Positions 52,300-62,728 of a DNA stretch of 64,000 bases are shown in pieces. How positions within the stretch are numbered: position 1 is the stretch's first letter; each line of letters opens with the position of its first letter. Location: NCBI GenBank assembly GCA_977017575.1, contig CDRNVI010000002.1, forward strand, positions 186,001-250,000. The letters run 5' to 3'. The stretch is from Paramoeba atlantica (taxonomy: Eukaryota; Protista; Discosea). Under the pieces are notes generated by a model. It was not told the origin of the DNA, did no database searches, and saw only the letters and a list, made by a program, of their open reading frames with translations. Both the position numbers and the translations under genes were made by a program.

Positions 52300-55185
52300 C
52301 TACTCATTTATGTCTGGATTAGAAAGTTTTACTTGCCGTATTCGATCTAGGCCAGGGGAAGTCGAATTTACTTTGCCTTCAACTTTCGACGACTCCGAAA
52401 ATGCAACCAGCTCTGCAGCTTGCTCCTCAGTCAGAGTATGATGCGACAACTGTTCGGCGATCTCTCTAGTTACCGTGTCGAAAATATTGCCTTCAAGTGA
52501 AAGTTTGGTATAGGAACGAAAAAGTTTCCACAAATCCTTGGTGCTGTACTTCACGTTCTTTAGTACCATTTTTGTACGCCTAGCTAACACGAAAAGCACT
52601 TGTTGAAGTGACTCACAGGGCTCGCCCCCTTTAATATACTGCATCCAATGGTCGGTTGCGAAGACATCAACCAGTTGGGTGACTTTTGTGGCTGTAAGCA
52701 GCGTCGCATTTGCCTCCACGTGGCTTAATATTCGTTTGCGTAGTGCGATAGATTGCAGGAGACCCAGAGGGCCCATTGCAATGGCCCAGTTCAGCAGGAC
52801 ACCTTGGTCTGTGACGATACCGGTGTGGTTCTCCCAAGAGGAACGAGCAATGTGCCGCAGCGTGTCACGGCGCGGGACGTAAGCCGTCTTACACATACAG
52901 TACAGCCAGTCCGATGCAAGGTGCAAAACCCACGCGCGGCTTAGCGTATCCTCCACGTGTTTGTACACAACATCCAACAGTGTGGTTCGGTGACACTGAA
53001 GATCGCCAAGGGCGCGAAGCAACATGTTTAGCACGGGGCCGCTTGGTATCACAGGGCTCTGCGAATCCGGCTTGGGTATCAGTTTCTCTTCAGCAACTGT
53101 GTATAAAAGCTCCAAAATGTCGGGCGATATTGTTGGAAGCACAGAGAACGCACGCAACGTCGTAGTTATATCGACAATGTTTGTCATTTCACGGCTTCGA
53201 AGTCCTTCCTTAATGCGTTTCGTGAGAAAATTCGTGACGCTGGGCTCCAAGCACATTAATACCGTTAAAGAGTTGAGAACTGAGCACGCAGAATGAAGAC
53301 TCCATGGGCCACAATTCGAAAATTTTGAGCAAAGCACGTCCTTAATTTCTTCATTGTATCTTACCGATTGACTCATAAAAGATAGGATCATAGCTATTTG
53401 TCCAGGGGAAAAATAGAGGCTTTTTAAACTCAGTAAGCGTTCGTATACGAGCAACGTAATTTCTCGTGACAGAGGGTCTGATTTCCGCCTAGTACGGGCA
53501 TTTAAAAAAACGGTAATGGTTTCTATAGATGTTCTCGGCAAAGATCTTTCAAATGAGTAAGAAAGTTCGCTCCACGCGTCAATATTTATCACCCTCGACG
53601 AGGCCATGATCTGCATTAACGTCGCATGATCTTCTGAGAAATCCAACAAAGAATTCCGGAGTAGTCCAGGTAGGCGTATCCAGAGTTGTGAATATATTAA
53701 ATTTTTTCGCTTTTCTTGCTCATGTTTGTTTCGATATACAAACTGAGTTAAGAGAATGATGTCTTCAATACTAAGATCACACGTTTCATTCGCTTTTGAA
53801 AGTTCAAGTCGATTTTCCACTTGGTGAAGAATTGCCTTACCAAACTCAGCATGTTTTTTAGGAAACTTGTCACCAACGCAATATCGTACGAGTTGCACAA
53901 GATTATGGTTATCAAGAACACCGTCAGGTTCGGCTTTTGCATTACCCAAAATTTTTGCGATGAAGTCATGCGCCAATACAGGATCACAAATCGCTGAGCG
54001 AAGCATGACTTGTAGAGCAATGGTCAGTGTACTCGACGGTGCATCCTCAATATTCTTATGTATGTGGCGGAGCAGTGCATTGTACACTTCGGGGTTACCT
54101 AAAAGAAGTCCTCTAGTGCTGTGAAGCAGATCCCTTGCATTACGAACGGAACAACTCTCAAGGTTTTGTAAAATCATGTTTCTCACCGGGTCACACAAAG
54201 CTTTCGTTCTATGAAGTTTCAGTACGTTTGCACCTCGTAGCAGCTCGCAAAGCCGAGGTATCGATAGACATGCAAGGCATGGAATGCATGAGTCAAGTAG
54301 GACTTGATGTCCTTCTCGATCAAACATTTCGCGTTGTCCGACGTTTAACACACAAAACGATTCCATGTATGGCGGAACGCATTGAACAGAACGTTCATTG
54401 AGCGGTACAAGACGCATCATGGCATCATGAAAGAATTTCGCCGTCGTTTTCCGAAGAGAAAGTTTCATTCGGCCTACCATCGACAGAATATGAGGAATAC
54501 GTGAACATGAAAATCCCGTTGCTTCACAATTTGAAAGGGTTTCTGCTAAACTGTTTAAGACATGCTGATAATCTGCATATTCAGTGCCGTGAACCATATC
54601 CATTACAACGAAAAGTTCTGCTAAAGCATTAGGGTCGCTACTTGAAAGTAACTTTTGTGCCCTACTGAGGAGTATACGAAAGAAACCATGGTCATATGAA
54701 AATCTGTCCTGTTTGACAACAGAAAGGGCGTTCGCTACTTGTGCTGCATCCATAGTGTGAATCAACTCACAGTATCGACTTCGGCATTTCTGTAATAGGA
54801 CCCATGGCATGGGCAACGTGACTTCGCTGGAAGTCCTCAAAAATGCTGTTAATTCTTCTATCGCCAGTTCGGACGCTAATAAATCTACTCGGTCATATAA
54901 CTCGCCAACGAATTTGTCTGTGTGCAGGCGTTCAGTCGTTTTATCCAACCCTAAAGCATGGAGTATAACCGCAATATCCCTTGCACTTAGTTTGTTCACA
55001 GCGATACCAAACAGATTTTTATTGTAGCCATGTAAAATGCACTGCGGAGGTGAGTCGAATATTTCCAACAAGGACTTCAATACTTTCAAAGTTTCCGCAA
55101 CATTTAGAATATGAGGAGGTAACGTGCGCTGCAAGAGTCTTTGTAGAGACAATGGACGCACATGGGCAAGTGACAACAGCTTCAT
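52300..55185 (-). CDS. Large alpha-helical repeat protein, probably mitochondrial (HPR/OPR/FASTK-like)
   Basis: 961 aa with a presequence-like N-terminus. Degenerate helical repeats such as 'LSARDIAVILHAL', 'MDAAQVANALSV', 'FSPGQIAMILSFM' and 'WSLHSACSVLNSL'. Confidence 0.55.
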   Translation of the reverse strand: MKLLSLAHVRPLSLQRLLQRTLPPHILNVAETLKVLKSLLEIFDSPPQCILHGYNKNLFGIAVNKLSARDIAVILHALGLDKTTERLHTDKFVGELYDRVDLLASELAIEELTAFLRTSSEVTLPMPWVLLQKCRSRYCELIHTMDAAQVANALSVVKQDRFSYDHGFFRILLSRAQKLLSSSDPNALAELFVVMDMVHGTEYADYQHVLNSLAETLSNCEATGFSCSRIPHILSMVGRMKLSLRKTTAKFFHDAMMRLVPLNERSVQCVPPYMESFCVLNVGQREMFDREGHQVLLDSCIPCLACLSIPRLCELLRGANVLKLHRTKALCDPVRNMILQNLESCSVRNARDLLHSTRGLLLGNPEVYNALLRHIHKNIEDAPSSTLTIALQVMLRSAICDPVLAHDFIAKILGNAKAEPDGVLDNHNLVQLVRYCVGDKFPKKHAEFGKAILHQVENRLELSKANETCDLSIEDIILLTQFVYRNKHEQEKRKNLIYSQLWIRLPGLLRNSLLDFSEDHATLMQIMASSRVINIDAWSELSYSFERSLPRTSIETITVFLNARTRRKSDPLSREITLLVYERLLSLKSLYFSPGQIAMILSFMSQSVRYNEEIKDVLCSKFSNCGPWSLHSACSVLNSLTVLMCLEPSVTNFLTKRIKEGLRSREMTNIVDITTTLRAFSVLPTISPDILELLYTVAEEKLIPKPDSQSPVIPSGPVLNMLLRALGDLQCHRTTLLDVVYKHVEDTLSRAWVLHLASDWLYCMCKTAYVPRRDTLRHIARSSWENHTGIVTDQGVLLNWAIAMGPLGLLQSIALRKRILSHVEANATLLTATKVTQLVDVFATDHWMQYIKGGEPCESLQQVLFVLARRTKMVLKNVKYSTKDLWKLFRSYTKLSLEGNIFDTVTREIAEQLSHHTLTEEQAAELVAFSESSKVEGKVNSTSPGLDRIRQVKLSNPDINE

Positions 55186-55287
55186 GATGCACGAGTTGTG
55201 TCATACACAAAGGAAAATAATTACGATAAACTTAGACATCACATAGTTAGGACATAACAAGTAAACCTAAGACAAAGTACACCCGGT

Positions 55288-55312
55288 GTGAACCTATCGA
55301 CGATAGGTTCAC
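55288..55312. repeat. Perfect palindrome, 12-bp arms, 1-nt centre
   Basis: GTGAACCTATCG-A-CGATAGGTTCAC. Confidence 0.85.
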
Positions 55313-55735
55313 GATAATCGTGGGTCGTTTAGTTTTTTTCCACCTATAACCTACTTAGAGGGTTGAAACCTATGAAAGGCAAAACCTGACAAAACCCGCA
55401 TAATCATCATTGACGTGGCGAAGAAAATTACTTTGTCAAAAATGGTGAAGAACATACTTCAGGACGCCAGCGCATGTCCTTTCTCCTGTCAAGACATGCT
55501 TTTTGGCATGAACACCACATTATAAGCATTTAAACTTACTCGAAAGCAAACTCTAGAACAAACTTCCTGTGCACACATTGAAGAACTCCAGTTTGAGTAC
55601 CTACATACAACTCCGGCCAGATTGACAAAGCCGAATCAAACATAATCATGCGACGAAACACACCGTTTGTCACGAGATCGCTTTCCCCCTTTCCACTTCT
55701 TACAATGGAACCCGTTGTTCCCTCCTTTCCCTCTC

Positions 55736-56704
55736 CTAGAAGTACCCCGTGTCATTTAACCCCACCCGCGGCACCCTCCACCCAGTCTCGATCAACTCAT
55801 ACACCCGACGCAACGCCTCGTTGTTTCGTCTCTCATACCCCATCGAGGTCGGGGCCCCATGCCCGGGCAGCACTGCTGTGTCATCGGGAAAATCCTCTAA
55901 CATGCGAAGCGAGTGGGCGAGTTGATCCCCGCACGCGTAGGGCAAATCTACGCGAGCGATGGAATCACGAAACAGTACATCCCCAGTAAATAGCAACCGT
56001 TCTGTCGGCAGGCTCAGCATCATATGCCCCGTAGAGTGCCCCGGGGTGTGGATGTACTGACACGGAATGTCCCCGAGCAAAAAGAACGCATCCATTCGTC
56101 GTGAGGCACACCCAATTAAGTAGTCGCCCTCCCCACGACGACCTGCGCTAATGTTTGGACAGGCCCGAGGGATGGGCATTTGCACCTCGGCCATGTCATA
56201 GCGTCGGTACCGCTGACACACCTGGGTCCATTTCTCCATCCATACCCCATCGACGGGGTTGTACGCGAAACGGGTATCCTGGCGATTTTTATCCCGAAGG
56301 TAGCAGAAAGGGTGAAGCCCGATGACGTTATCGATGTGAAGATGGGTGAAGAAAATAAATTTAAGCTCGTAGGCGGCGTTGTCCATGAAGGTTACCCAGT
56401 CATCAGGCCAGTCGTCTGACATGTCGATGAGAATGCATTCGTTTTTTTGCTGCTTCTCCGGGGGTGTTTTGGTCGCGATAAGCCATTGATTGGAGCTAAA
56501 ATTGTTAGCAAAGGCTCGGCGAAAAATGCGTACGTGTTTGGATTCGTGGTGTAACAAAATGTAATGCGTGTCCAGTCGGTCCTTGCGGGGAATCCCTGGA
56601 TTCCGTTCGGCTCTCTGCCATTTGAAGTGATCGATGGTCTGCGCATGAGCATTCGAATTTCCAATAAAAGGAATACCGCATCGAAGAAGAGAACGGCGCA
56701 ACAT
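55736..56704 (-). CDS. Metallo-beta-lactamase fold hydrolase (glyoxalase II/YcbL-like), probably mitochondrial
   Basis: THLHIDN, HTPGHS, LFTGDVLF and VLPGHG motifs. Presequence 'MLRRSLLRC'. Confidence 0.85.
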   Translation of the reverse strand: MLRRSLLRCGIPFIGNSNAHAQTIDHFKWQRAERNPGIPRKDRLDTHYILLHHESKHVRIFRRAFANNFSSNQWLIATKTPPEKQQKNECILIDMSDDWPDDWVTFMDNAAYELKFIFFTHLHIDNVIGLHPFCYLRDKNRQDTRFAYNPVDGVWMEKWTQVCQRYRRYDMAEVQMPIPRACPNISAGRRGEGDYLIGCASRRMDAFFLLGDIPCQYIHTPGHSTGHMMLSLPTERLLFTGDVLFRDSIARVDLPYACGDQLAHSLRMLEDFPDDTAVLPGHGAPTSMGYERRNNEALRRVYELIETGWRVPRVGLNDTGYF

Positions 56705-56914
56705 CAGTTAGATCAGATTCATCCGAATCTCATAACGTTCATTGTAAGAAACCAGAAAAAAAATTCATAAGTTGAATATGGAAAAGATTTTGCTGCGGGT
56801 TACTTTTATATATCCTATTTCACAAACATCACTGTTGAAATGGAACGTCTATCCGGGGATCATAGTTAGCTAAATTAACGGGGATACAATTAAATAAAGG
56901 AAAGTGAAGTAATC

Positions 56915-58663
56915 CTACTTCCATATCCTTATCGTCCGATCAACACTCACTGCGGCAAACTGCTTATGCACGGAACTCCATGCAATGTCTCTGACACAAA
57001 CCTTCGGCTCCGTTCGTTGCAGCACAACCTCTTTTTCCTTCGTATCCAACACAAACACCCCGCCCATCGCCCCCAACACCAAATACCTCCCACTATCCTC
57101 CACCCTCATCTTCCCACACTGCGCCGAGAACCGCACCTCCGGATGGGTCCACCGAAACAGCGGCACACTCTCCTGCCGTCTATCCCACCTCTGCACCACC
57201 CCATCCTGTCCACTGGAGTACATCCCATACTCCCGCACGGGACACAACTCCACCCCGAGCACCGCCCCTCGGTGATGGGCAGGGGCTCCCCCCACCTGCT
57301 CCTGCCTCGTCCTCCCCCCCGTTCGCGTATCCCACACCCGCACCCTCCCATCACTGTGCGCCGTCACCACCCCGCCCCAGGAAAACCCGGGAGGCACCGC
57401 GAGGTCGTTCACCCGGGAACCACTGGTGGCTCTCCACACCGTAGTCCCTCCCCCCGCAATATCCCACTTGCGCAGCCCCCCGTCACGGGTCGCGCTGTAG
57501 GCGTGGGAGGGGTCCCCGATCGAGGAGCCCGGACCCGCTCCCCCCGCGGCTACCGCTGCGCTCCCCCCCGAGCCCGCGACCACCGCGAGGGCGGTGATGG
57601 GGACCGCGGGGCCGGAGAGCTGGCAGCGGTACCGGCGGGAGGGGGCGTGGAGGACGACCACGGTGCCGTCCCAGCAGCCCGCGAGCAGGACCGCGGGGGA
57701 GCACGCGAGGGCTTGGATGGCACTGGAGACGACATGGGTGGTGGTGGGGGGCGTGGGCGTTGTCGTCGTAGTTGTACTTCTACTCGTTGTAGGGGTTAGT
57801 AGAGTGCGACTCGTTGTACGTAGTAGAGTACTCGAGGTACGGGTCGTACTCCTTGTAGTCATAGGGGTAGTTGTAGGGTTCGTTGTAGGGACAGTTGTAG
57901 GGTTCGTTGTAGTTGTAGGGGGAAAGGGGGTGCAATCGTACCAACACAGGGTACGGTCGGAGCCTCCGGTGACCAGAGCGGTGTGCTGGGGGCCGGAGAA
58001 CACGCAGGTGGTGAGGTCTCCGGGGGTGGGGGAGGGGGTGGAGAGGAGGAGGGTACCGGTGGGGGTGTAGGGGTCGTGGGTGGGGGTGGGGAGGGAGGGG
58101 GTGGGGTAGGAGAGGGTGGTATGGGAGGGTGGGTTTTGGGACTCCAGTTCGGTGATACGGCGTTGGAGTTTGGTGTTGGCGTCCTCGAGGTGGGCGACGC
58201 GGAGGAGGGCGTCGGTGTAGGCATCAGGTTGGATTCCGTCTTTTGTGGTTGGTGAGTCTGGGACATCCATTTTTTCTTTGAGTAAGTCGTATTCTTTGTG
58301 CCAGATCGTAGCTGAATCGCTGAACAATTCGTTTTGTCGTGTGAGGTGCGTTAACGATCTGTCGAAAGAATCGATTTGCTCCCTCATTGTAACAATGCGT
58401 TGTTCGATTACGTCCACATTAGATCTCCAATCGGCAATTAATGCTTTTAGGGCCCGTTGGTCAATTTCGTCGTTCTGTGTGTCTTTTGTGCTCATCAAAT
58501 TCACGTCTCCTCCTATTGTTCTATTCGTACCGGAAATTTGCATGCTTGTGATTAACATCAAAATTGTACACTTGTTTACTTCAAGAGCAATGTTGTTTTT
58601 ATGATTTTCTAAGATTATCTGAGAACTTCTCAGATAATCTGACAGCTTCTCAGTGAGAAGCAT
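56915..58663 (-). CDS. Coiled-coil + WD40 protein (ATG16-like architecture)
   Basis: N-terminal heptad coiled coil, then WD repeats: TGGSDRTLCWYD, AGCWDGTV, SATRDGGLRKWD, TAHSDGRVRVWD, SSGQDGVVQRWD and VSVDRTIRIWK. Confidence 0.75.
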   Translation of the reverse strand: MLLTEKLSDYLRSSQIILENHKNNIALEVNKCTILMLITSMQISGTNRTIGGDVNLMSTKDTQNDEIDQRALKALIADWRSNVDVIEQRIVTMREQIDSFDRSLTHLTRQNELFSDSATIWHKEYDLLKEKMDVPDSPTTKDGIQPDAYTDALLRVAHLEDANTKLQRRITELESQNPPSHTTLSYPTPSLPTPTHDPYTPTGTLLLSTPSPTPGDLTTCVFSGPQHTALVTGGSDRTLCWYDCTPFPPTTTTNPTTVPTTNPTTTPMTTRSTTRTSSTLLRTTSRTLLTPTTSRSTTTTTTPTPPTTTHVVSSAIQALACSPAVLLAGCWDGTVVVLHAPSRRYRCQLSGPAVPITALAVVAGSGGSAAVAAGGAGPGSSIGDPSHAYSATRDGGLRKWDIAGGGTTVWRATSGSRVNDLAVPPGFSWGGVVTAHSDGRVRVWDTRTGGRTRQEQVGGAPAHHRGAVLGVELCPVREYGMYSSGQDGVVQRWDRRQESVPLFRWTHPEVRFSAQCGKMRVEDSGRYLVLGAMGGVFVLDTKEKEVVLQRTEPKVCVRDIAWSSVHKQFAAVSVDRTIRIWK

Positions 58664-59122
58664 GATGTCTTAGATATCATGCTGAAAGGTGAAGAAAAAT
58701 ATGGAATTAAAATATTTACAGAAAGGGTCTATCGTACGCTAGTAAGCACGTGATATCGGTTCACCCTGATTTATCTATTTTAGATTATGGACGTTCTTTC
58801 AAAGAGGATAAGTCAAGGGGCTAGAATTAGTTTTCTTCCCTCACTTATCTTCATCAGGGAGTTTCATGAGGCCTTCCCCATGGCCTCAGAATAAAGTCTC
58901 GAAAAACTACCGAGTAAGGAAGTCTCTCATTCGGATAAAGGTTCCACCTTTGGGATTTCGGCTCGACTGTCATGAGTTTCCCATGAAGAAGGTTCATTAG
59001 AGAGTGATAGTTGTCCACTAAAGAAAAAGGACATGGCGTAGCGATAGTGGATACTAGATAGATGTACTGATTGTTATAACACGGTGTATAGCACGGTTGT
59101 CTCTAGAACACTTGAAAAAAGT

Positions 59123-62100
59123 TCAAATTGAATGGTCAGGTGGCAAATATTGTTTGGGTGCAACATTTTGTCTAGTCTTCGTTTGGTGTTTCCGAAAGTT
59201 TTCTGACTTACCCATTCGTCTTCTTTGCTTTTGGTCCTGCACAGCTCTCAACCTTCTCACTCGCTCTTCTGTAACTGGGCGATAGCTTGCGCGTTCCGTG
59301 TCGGAAGTGCTTCCTGTCCTCTTTTGAGCATCATAAAATGCTTGTATGCTAGCAGCTGTGGTATGGGTCATATCTGAAGCTGATCGACCAAAGCGTAATA
59401 AAGGTTCCTCCGGCACTTCAAGCTGGCCTCTTTGGTACATTTCTTTGAAACGCTGCAGGTAGTCGTATTTCCGATTTTTATGGCCGGCAACAGATCGTGC
59501 TCCTATACCGTGCCGAGAGGCGAAGGCAAGTGTCTCAGTTTTGTGTGTCCGCAAGGTTTCGATAACATCCCTTGATTGGCTACTTTCCTCCTTTGCAATT
59601 TGCTTGGCCAACACCGACTCCGTATAAAGCTCTTTCTGTGCGGCGTACATTACCGGCGACATTGGTTGGGGCGAATCCGTGGTGACTGCATCCGATCTAT
59701 TGTTCTCAGAAGACACCAGTGTATCGGCACTTTGCATTGCATTCTCCATATCTTCATCATCCATATAAGGAGCCAGTGGATTGGTTCTGTCTTTCACCCA
59801 GACAAGCTCGCCTGCGTGCGGCAAGGAAGTACTGTGTTCCGCTACAGGCTTGCGACTGCCATCTTCATACACTTCATGAGGGAAAGCTTTGGCATCAGCA
59901 AGCTCAGAGGGTGTTTTTGCGTTTGTACTGTCGATTTCTATTTGCTCTGGTATTGTTCGCTTGGTCATGCCAACAGGCGCAAATGGGGTACTTTGTAATA
60001 GTGATGTTTCACCACGAGAGACCGCCAATGCCGCGTATTTTTTTAGCAAATTTCTTTCTCTCCATAACGTTGTATCCCACCCGAAGGCACCCAAGCGTTT
60101 TTCTGGATAGACATATCCAGATTCATCAATAGCCCATAGTGCCCCGGCAGGTTCGCTACCATCTGCTCGAAGTATTGGAAGAAGTTTGTTACGATCTCGT
60201 GGGTTTGGGATATCTTCCGGTTTCTTAAATTTCGAAATGATCCCAAGCTTTGCTAATGCTTGATTTTTTTCTTCAAAGGATTCGCCTCGCGGGGTTCCAT
60301 CATCGGATGGGCTATCAAATAACTTATGCTTCGTTAACGTATTGCTTTTCCATTTTTCCCAGTACTCTATCGGAGTATCCATCGGTGGCACGGGATCCAA
60401 GGAAGGGAGATTTTGCTCAGCATCAAATTTTCTAAGCTCCTTGTTAGACTGTTCCGTACTGCTGCCAAGAGGTCTCCGAAGATCATCTTTACAATGAAGC
60501 AAAGGATTTGTTGGATCGTAAACGACATCAGGGTCAACGCCATCGGGCGTTCCTTGTGTTCTATAATCTCCTCTAAAATTGGTTTGTTCCACGTCTCTAA
60601 GACCACGAAAACTCGGATGAATGTCACTTGAACTCTTTTCTTTTTGTGCATTCAACGAGCTTTCATTTTGATGATCCAACGGAATTTCATGCTCTGCAGT
60701 ACCTGAACCGTGCCGCTCTTCGTACTCTTCACGAGCCTGTTCCATTCTTCGGGAGCGTCTTCTCATATCTCTTGTATACGCAGCTTCCTCTGAGATATTT
60801 CGAATCCTTCGAAGAAGAGCAACAGTAGATGGATACCCTACCTTTTCCATTGCATCGAGGTAAGAGAGCGCGCGGGTTGTGCTGCCCTCCTCTCCAGATC
60901 GCAAATGCAGAAGAATCATATTTACATAGGCGGACTTGGGCAAAATCTTTTTTTGACCAACACCACCAGAAAGTGCTAGCTCTGCAAATACACTCTCAGC
61001 TCTGGCAACCTCACCTTTGCATAATGATAAAAATTTTAAATACGCAACGTAAGCCTGAGCTGGCTTCTCAGTGATGTTGTAATCGTTGAAGCTATGTGTC
61101 CATATTCTCATTCCTTTGTTGGACCACTCCTGAAAAAGTGTTAAATCATGGGCATAGTGTTCACCTATCATATGGATGATGCTGGCGTAAATGTGTAGCA
61201 AAGAACTAAGTGCACGGGATATCCAATGGGAAGTAAAACTGTCCTTCGATTTTAGTTTCATGGCTACAGCCAGATCAGAAGTTGTCTCATCTCCTGCTTT
61301 CACCAGTTTATCAGCTCCCTTAGAACGCGTGTGTATCAAGGCAAGTACACCCAGACAGGTTGTTTCTGCCTCCTTCCACAACCCGTTCTTTGGATGAGCA
61401 TTCTCTGCCTTAAAATTCTCATACTCAGCTTTTCGGATGGCATGACTATAGGCCGTAAGCACTGTAAGAAGGTGTTGAACTTGAAATTTATGCCCATTCT
61501 CTTGCAATTTTGCAAATAACTTTCTCAACGCTGACAAGTCACCACGATTTGCGCTCCCACACATCATGTAGAAAAACGTTTGATTGGACCACTCAAAACC
61601 CAAGATCTCCATTTTTCTTCCGTACTCGACCAGTAGAGCATGGTCCTTAGGTTGGCGTTGCAGTGCATAAAGCACTGCATCGAAACATTGACGTAGAGGC
61701 ATCATATTATACGCAGATTGCATGTGCTCGAACAACTCAACACACTTCATTACGCTGCTTTCCTTTGTTATATCGCGTGCATGAGCCCATAGCACAGCAG
61801 CAAAAGTTGCTTCGTCGGGTTCCAAGTTTGCCAACTCTCTCATGTGATCGTAAACCTGTATTGCGCTGGAGCAATCATGCGCCTGTACGAATCCGTGAAT
61901 AAGAATCGTCCAGGTCACACGATCTGGTGTCACGCCTTTCGATTTGGCTTCTTCTACTAAAGACATGCATTCATTGACTAGACCTTGATTAGCGTACATT
62001 GCTATAATAGCATTGTATGATATGATATTCTGGCCGCCCAGTCCCAGGGCCTTGGCTAGATCAAAAAGTGTTGCGGCGGCTTTATAGTTTCCGTAAATGC

Positions 62101-62728
62101 CAAGAGCCCGTATTGCGCTTTTGATACCTTCCGGGTCATAACTTAGTCCAAGATCATTAGCCATTAGGACAGCAAGCTCTTTGGAGCGCGCTGTGATGGG
62201 GGCGTTAAAATCTAAGTATGCGACAGGCATTCCATCCTCTGCTAACGGTTCGCTAGGCAGAAGAGACGCGTTTGTAGTAAATTGCGCCGATAATTTATTT
62301 GAGGAAGCTGGAGTTGAATTACCGTGTGTAACATCCTTAGATTCTTCATTCTGATCGCAGTTCTTCACATTTTTAGTCGAATCACTCGACGGCAGTAAAG
62401 GATATACTGAAATTTTATCTTTTCCGAGAACGTAGGGAGGATCATTTTGTATTTCTGAACAAAAATCAGCTAGTCTACGTAACCCGCTCTTGCAATTCTT
62501 TACGACGTTACGACTTTCGCCGCACGTATCGTCTTCCAGGGGGTACTGCCAGGCATATGCCCAGCGTTCGATCATATCATCCCATTTTTCTGTCTTTGGC
62601 GGGCGATAATCGGCCGGAAGAAAAGATTTTCGATAGAGTTGGAGCTCAAGTTCTTTTACAGAGGGCCCAAGAGCAGTGCGACCGCGAAGCGCGATGTGCT
62701 TTACCGCTTTAGCGTACGTAGAAGGCAT
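59123..62728 (-). CDS. Large pentatricopeptide-repeat (PPR) protein, probably mitochondrial
   Basis: PPR motifs 'ISYNAIIAMYANQGLVNECMSLVEEAKSKGVTPDRVTWTILIHGFVQ' and 'EPDEATFAAVLWA'. 1201 aa. Confidence 0.88.
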   Translation of the reverse strand: MPSTYAKAVKHIALRGRTALGPSVKELELQLYRKSFLPADYRPPKTEKWDDMIERWAYAWQYPLEDDTCGESRNVVKNCKSGLRRLADFCSEIQNDPPYVLGKDKISVYPLLPSSDSTKNVKNCDQNEESKDVTHGNSTPASSNKLSAQFTTNASLLPSEPLAEDGMPVAYLDFNAPITARSKELAVLMANDLGLSYDPEGIKSAIRALGIYGNYKAAATLFDLAKALGLGGQNIISYNAIIAMYANQGLVNECMSLVEEAKSKGVTPDRVTWTILIHGFVQAHDCSSAIQVYDHMRELANLEPDEATFAAVLWAHARDITKESSVMKCVELFEHMQSAYNMMPLRQCFDAVLYALQRQPKDHALLVEYGRKMEILGFEWSNQTFFYMMCGSANRGDLSALRKLFAKLQENGHKFQVQHLLTVLTAYSHAIRKAEYENFKAENAHPKNGLWKEAETTCLGVLALIHTRSKGADKLVKAGDETTSDLAVAMKLKSKDSFTSHWISRALSSLLHIYASIIHMIGEHYAHDLTLFQEWSNKGMRIWTHSFNDYNITEKPAQAYVAYLKFLSLCKGEVARAESVFAELALSGGVGQKKILPKSAYVNMILLHLRSGEEGSTTRALSYLDAMEKVGYPSTVALLRRIRNISEEAAYTRDMRRRSRRMEQAREEYEERHGSGTAEHEIPLDHQNESSLNAQKEKSSSDIHPSFRGLRDVEQTNFRGDYRTQGTPDGVDPDVVYDPTNPLLHCKDDLRRPLGSSTEQSNKELRKFDAEQNLPSLDPVPPMDTPIEYWEKWKSNTLTKHKLFDSPSDDGTPRGESFEEKNQALAKLGIISKFKKPEDIPNPRDRNKLLPILRADGSEPAGALWAIDESGYVYPEKRLGAFGWDTTLWRERNLLKKYAALAVSRGETSLLQSTPFAPVGMTKRTIPEQIEIDSTNAKTPSELADAKAFPHEVYEDGSRKPVAEHSTSLPHAGELVWVKDRTNPLAPYMDDEDMENAMQSADTLVSSENNRSDAVTTDSPQPMSPVMYAAQKELYTESVLAKQIAKEESSQSRDVIETLRTHKTETLAFASRHGIGARSVAGHKNRKYDYLQRFKEMYQRGQLEVPEEPLLRFGRSASDMTHTTAASIQAFYDAQKRTGSTSDTERASYRPVTEERVRRLRAVQDQKQRRRMGKSENFRKHQTKTRQNVAPKQYLPPDHSI

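Noticed and set aside
20010-58604. Many + strand ORFs of 60-280 aa (for example 56966-57799, 49636-50286, 51066-51728)
   Set aside because: They are antisense shadows of real minus-strand genes, favoured by GC-rich codon usage, with no motifs.
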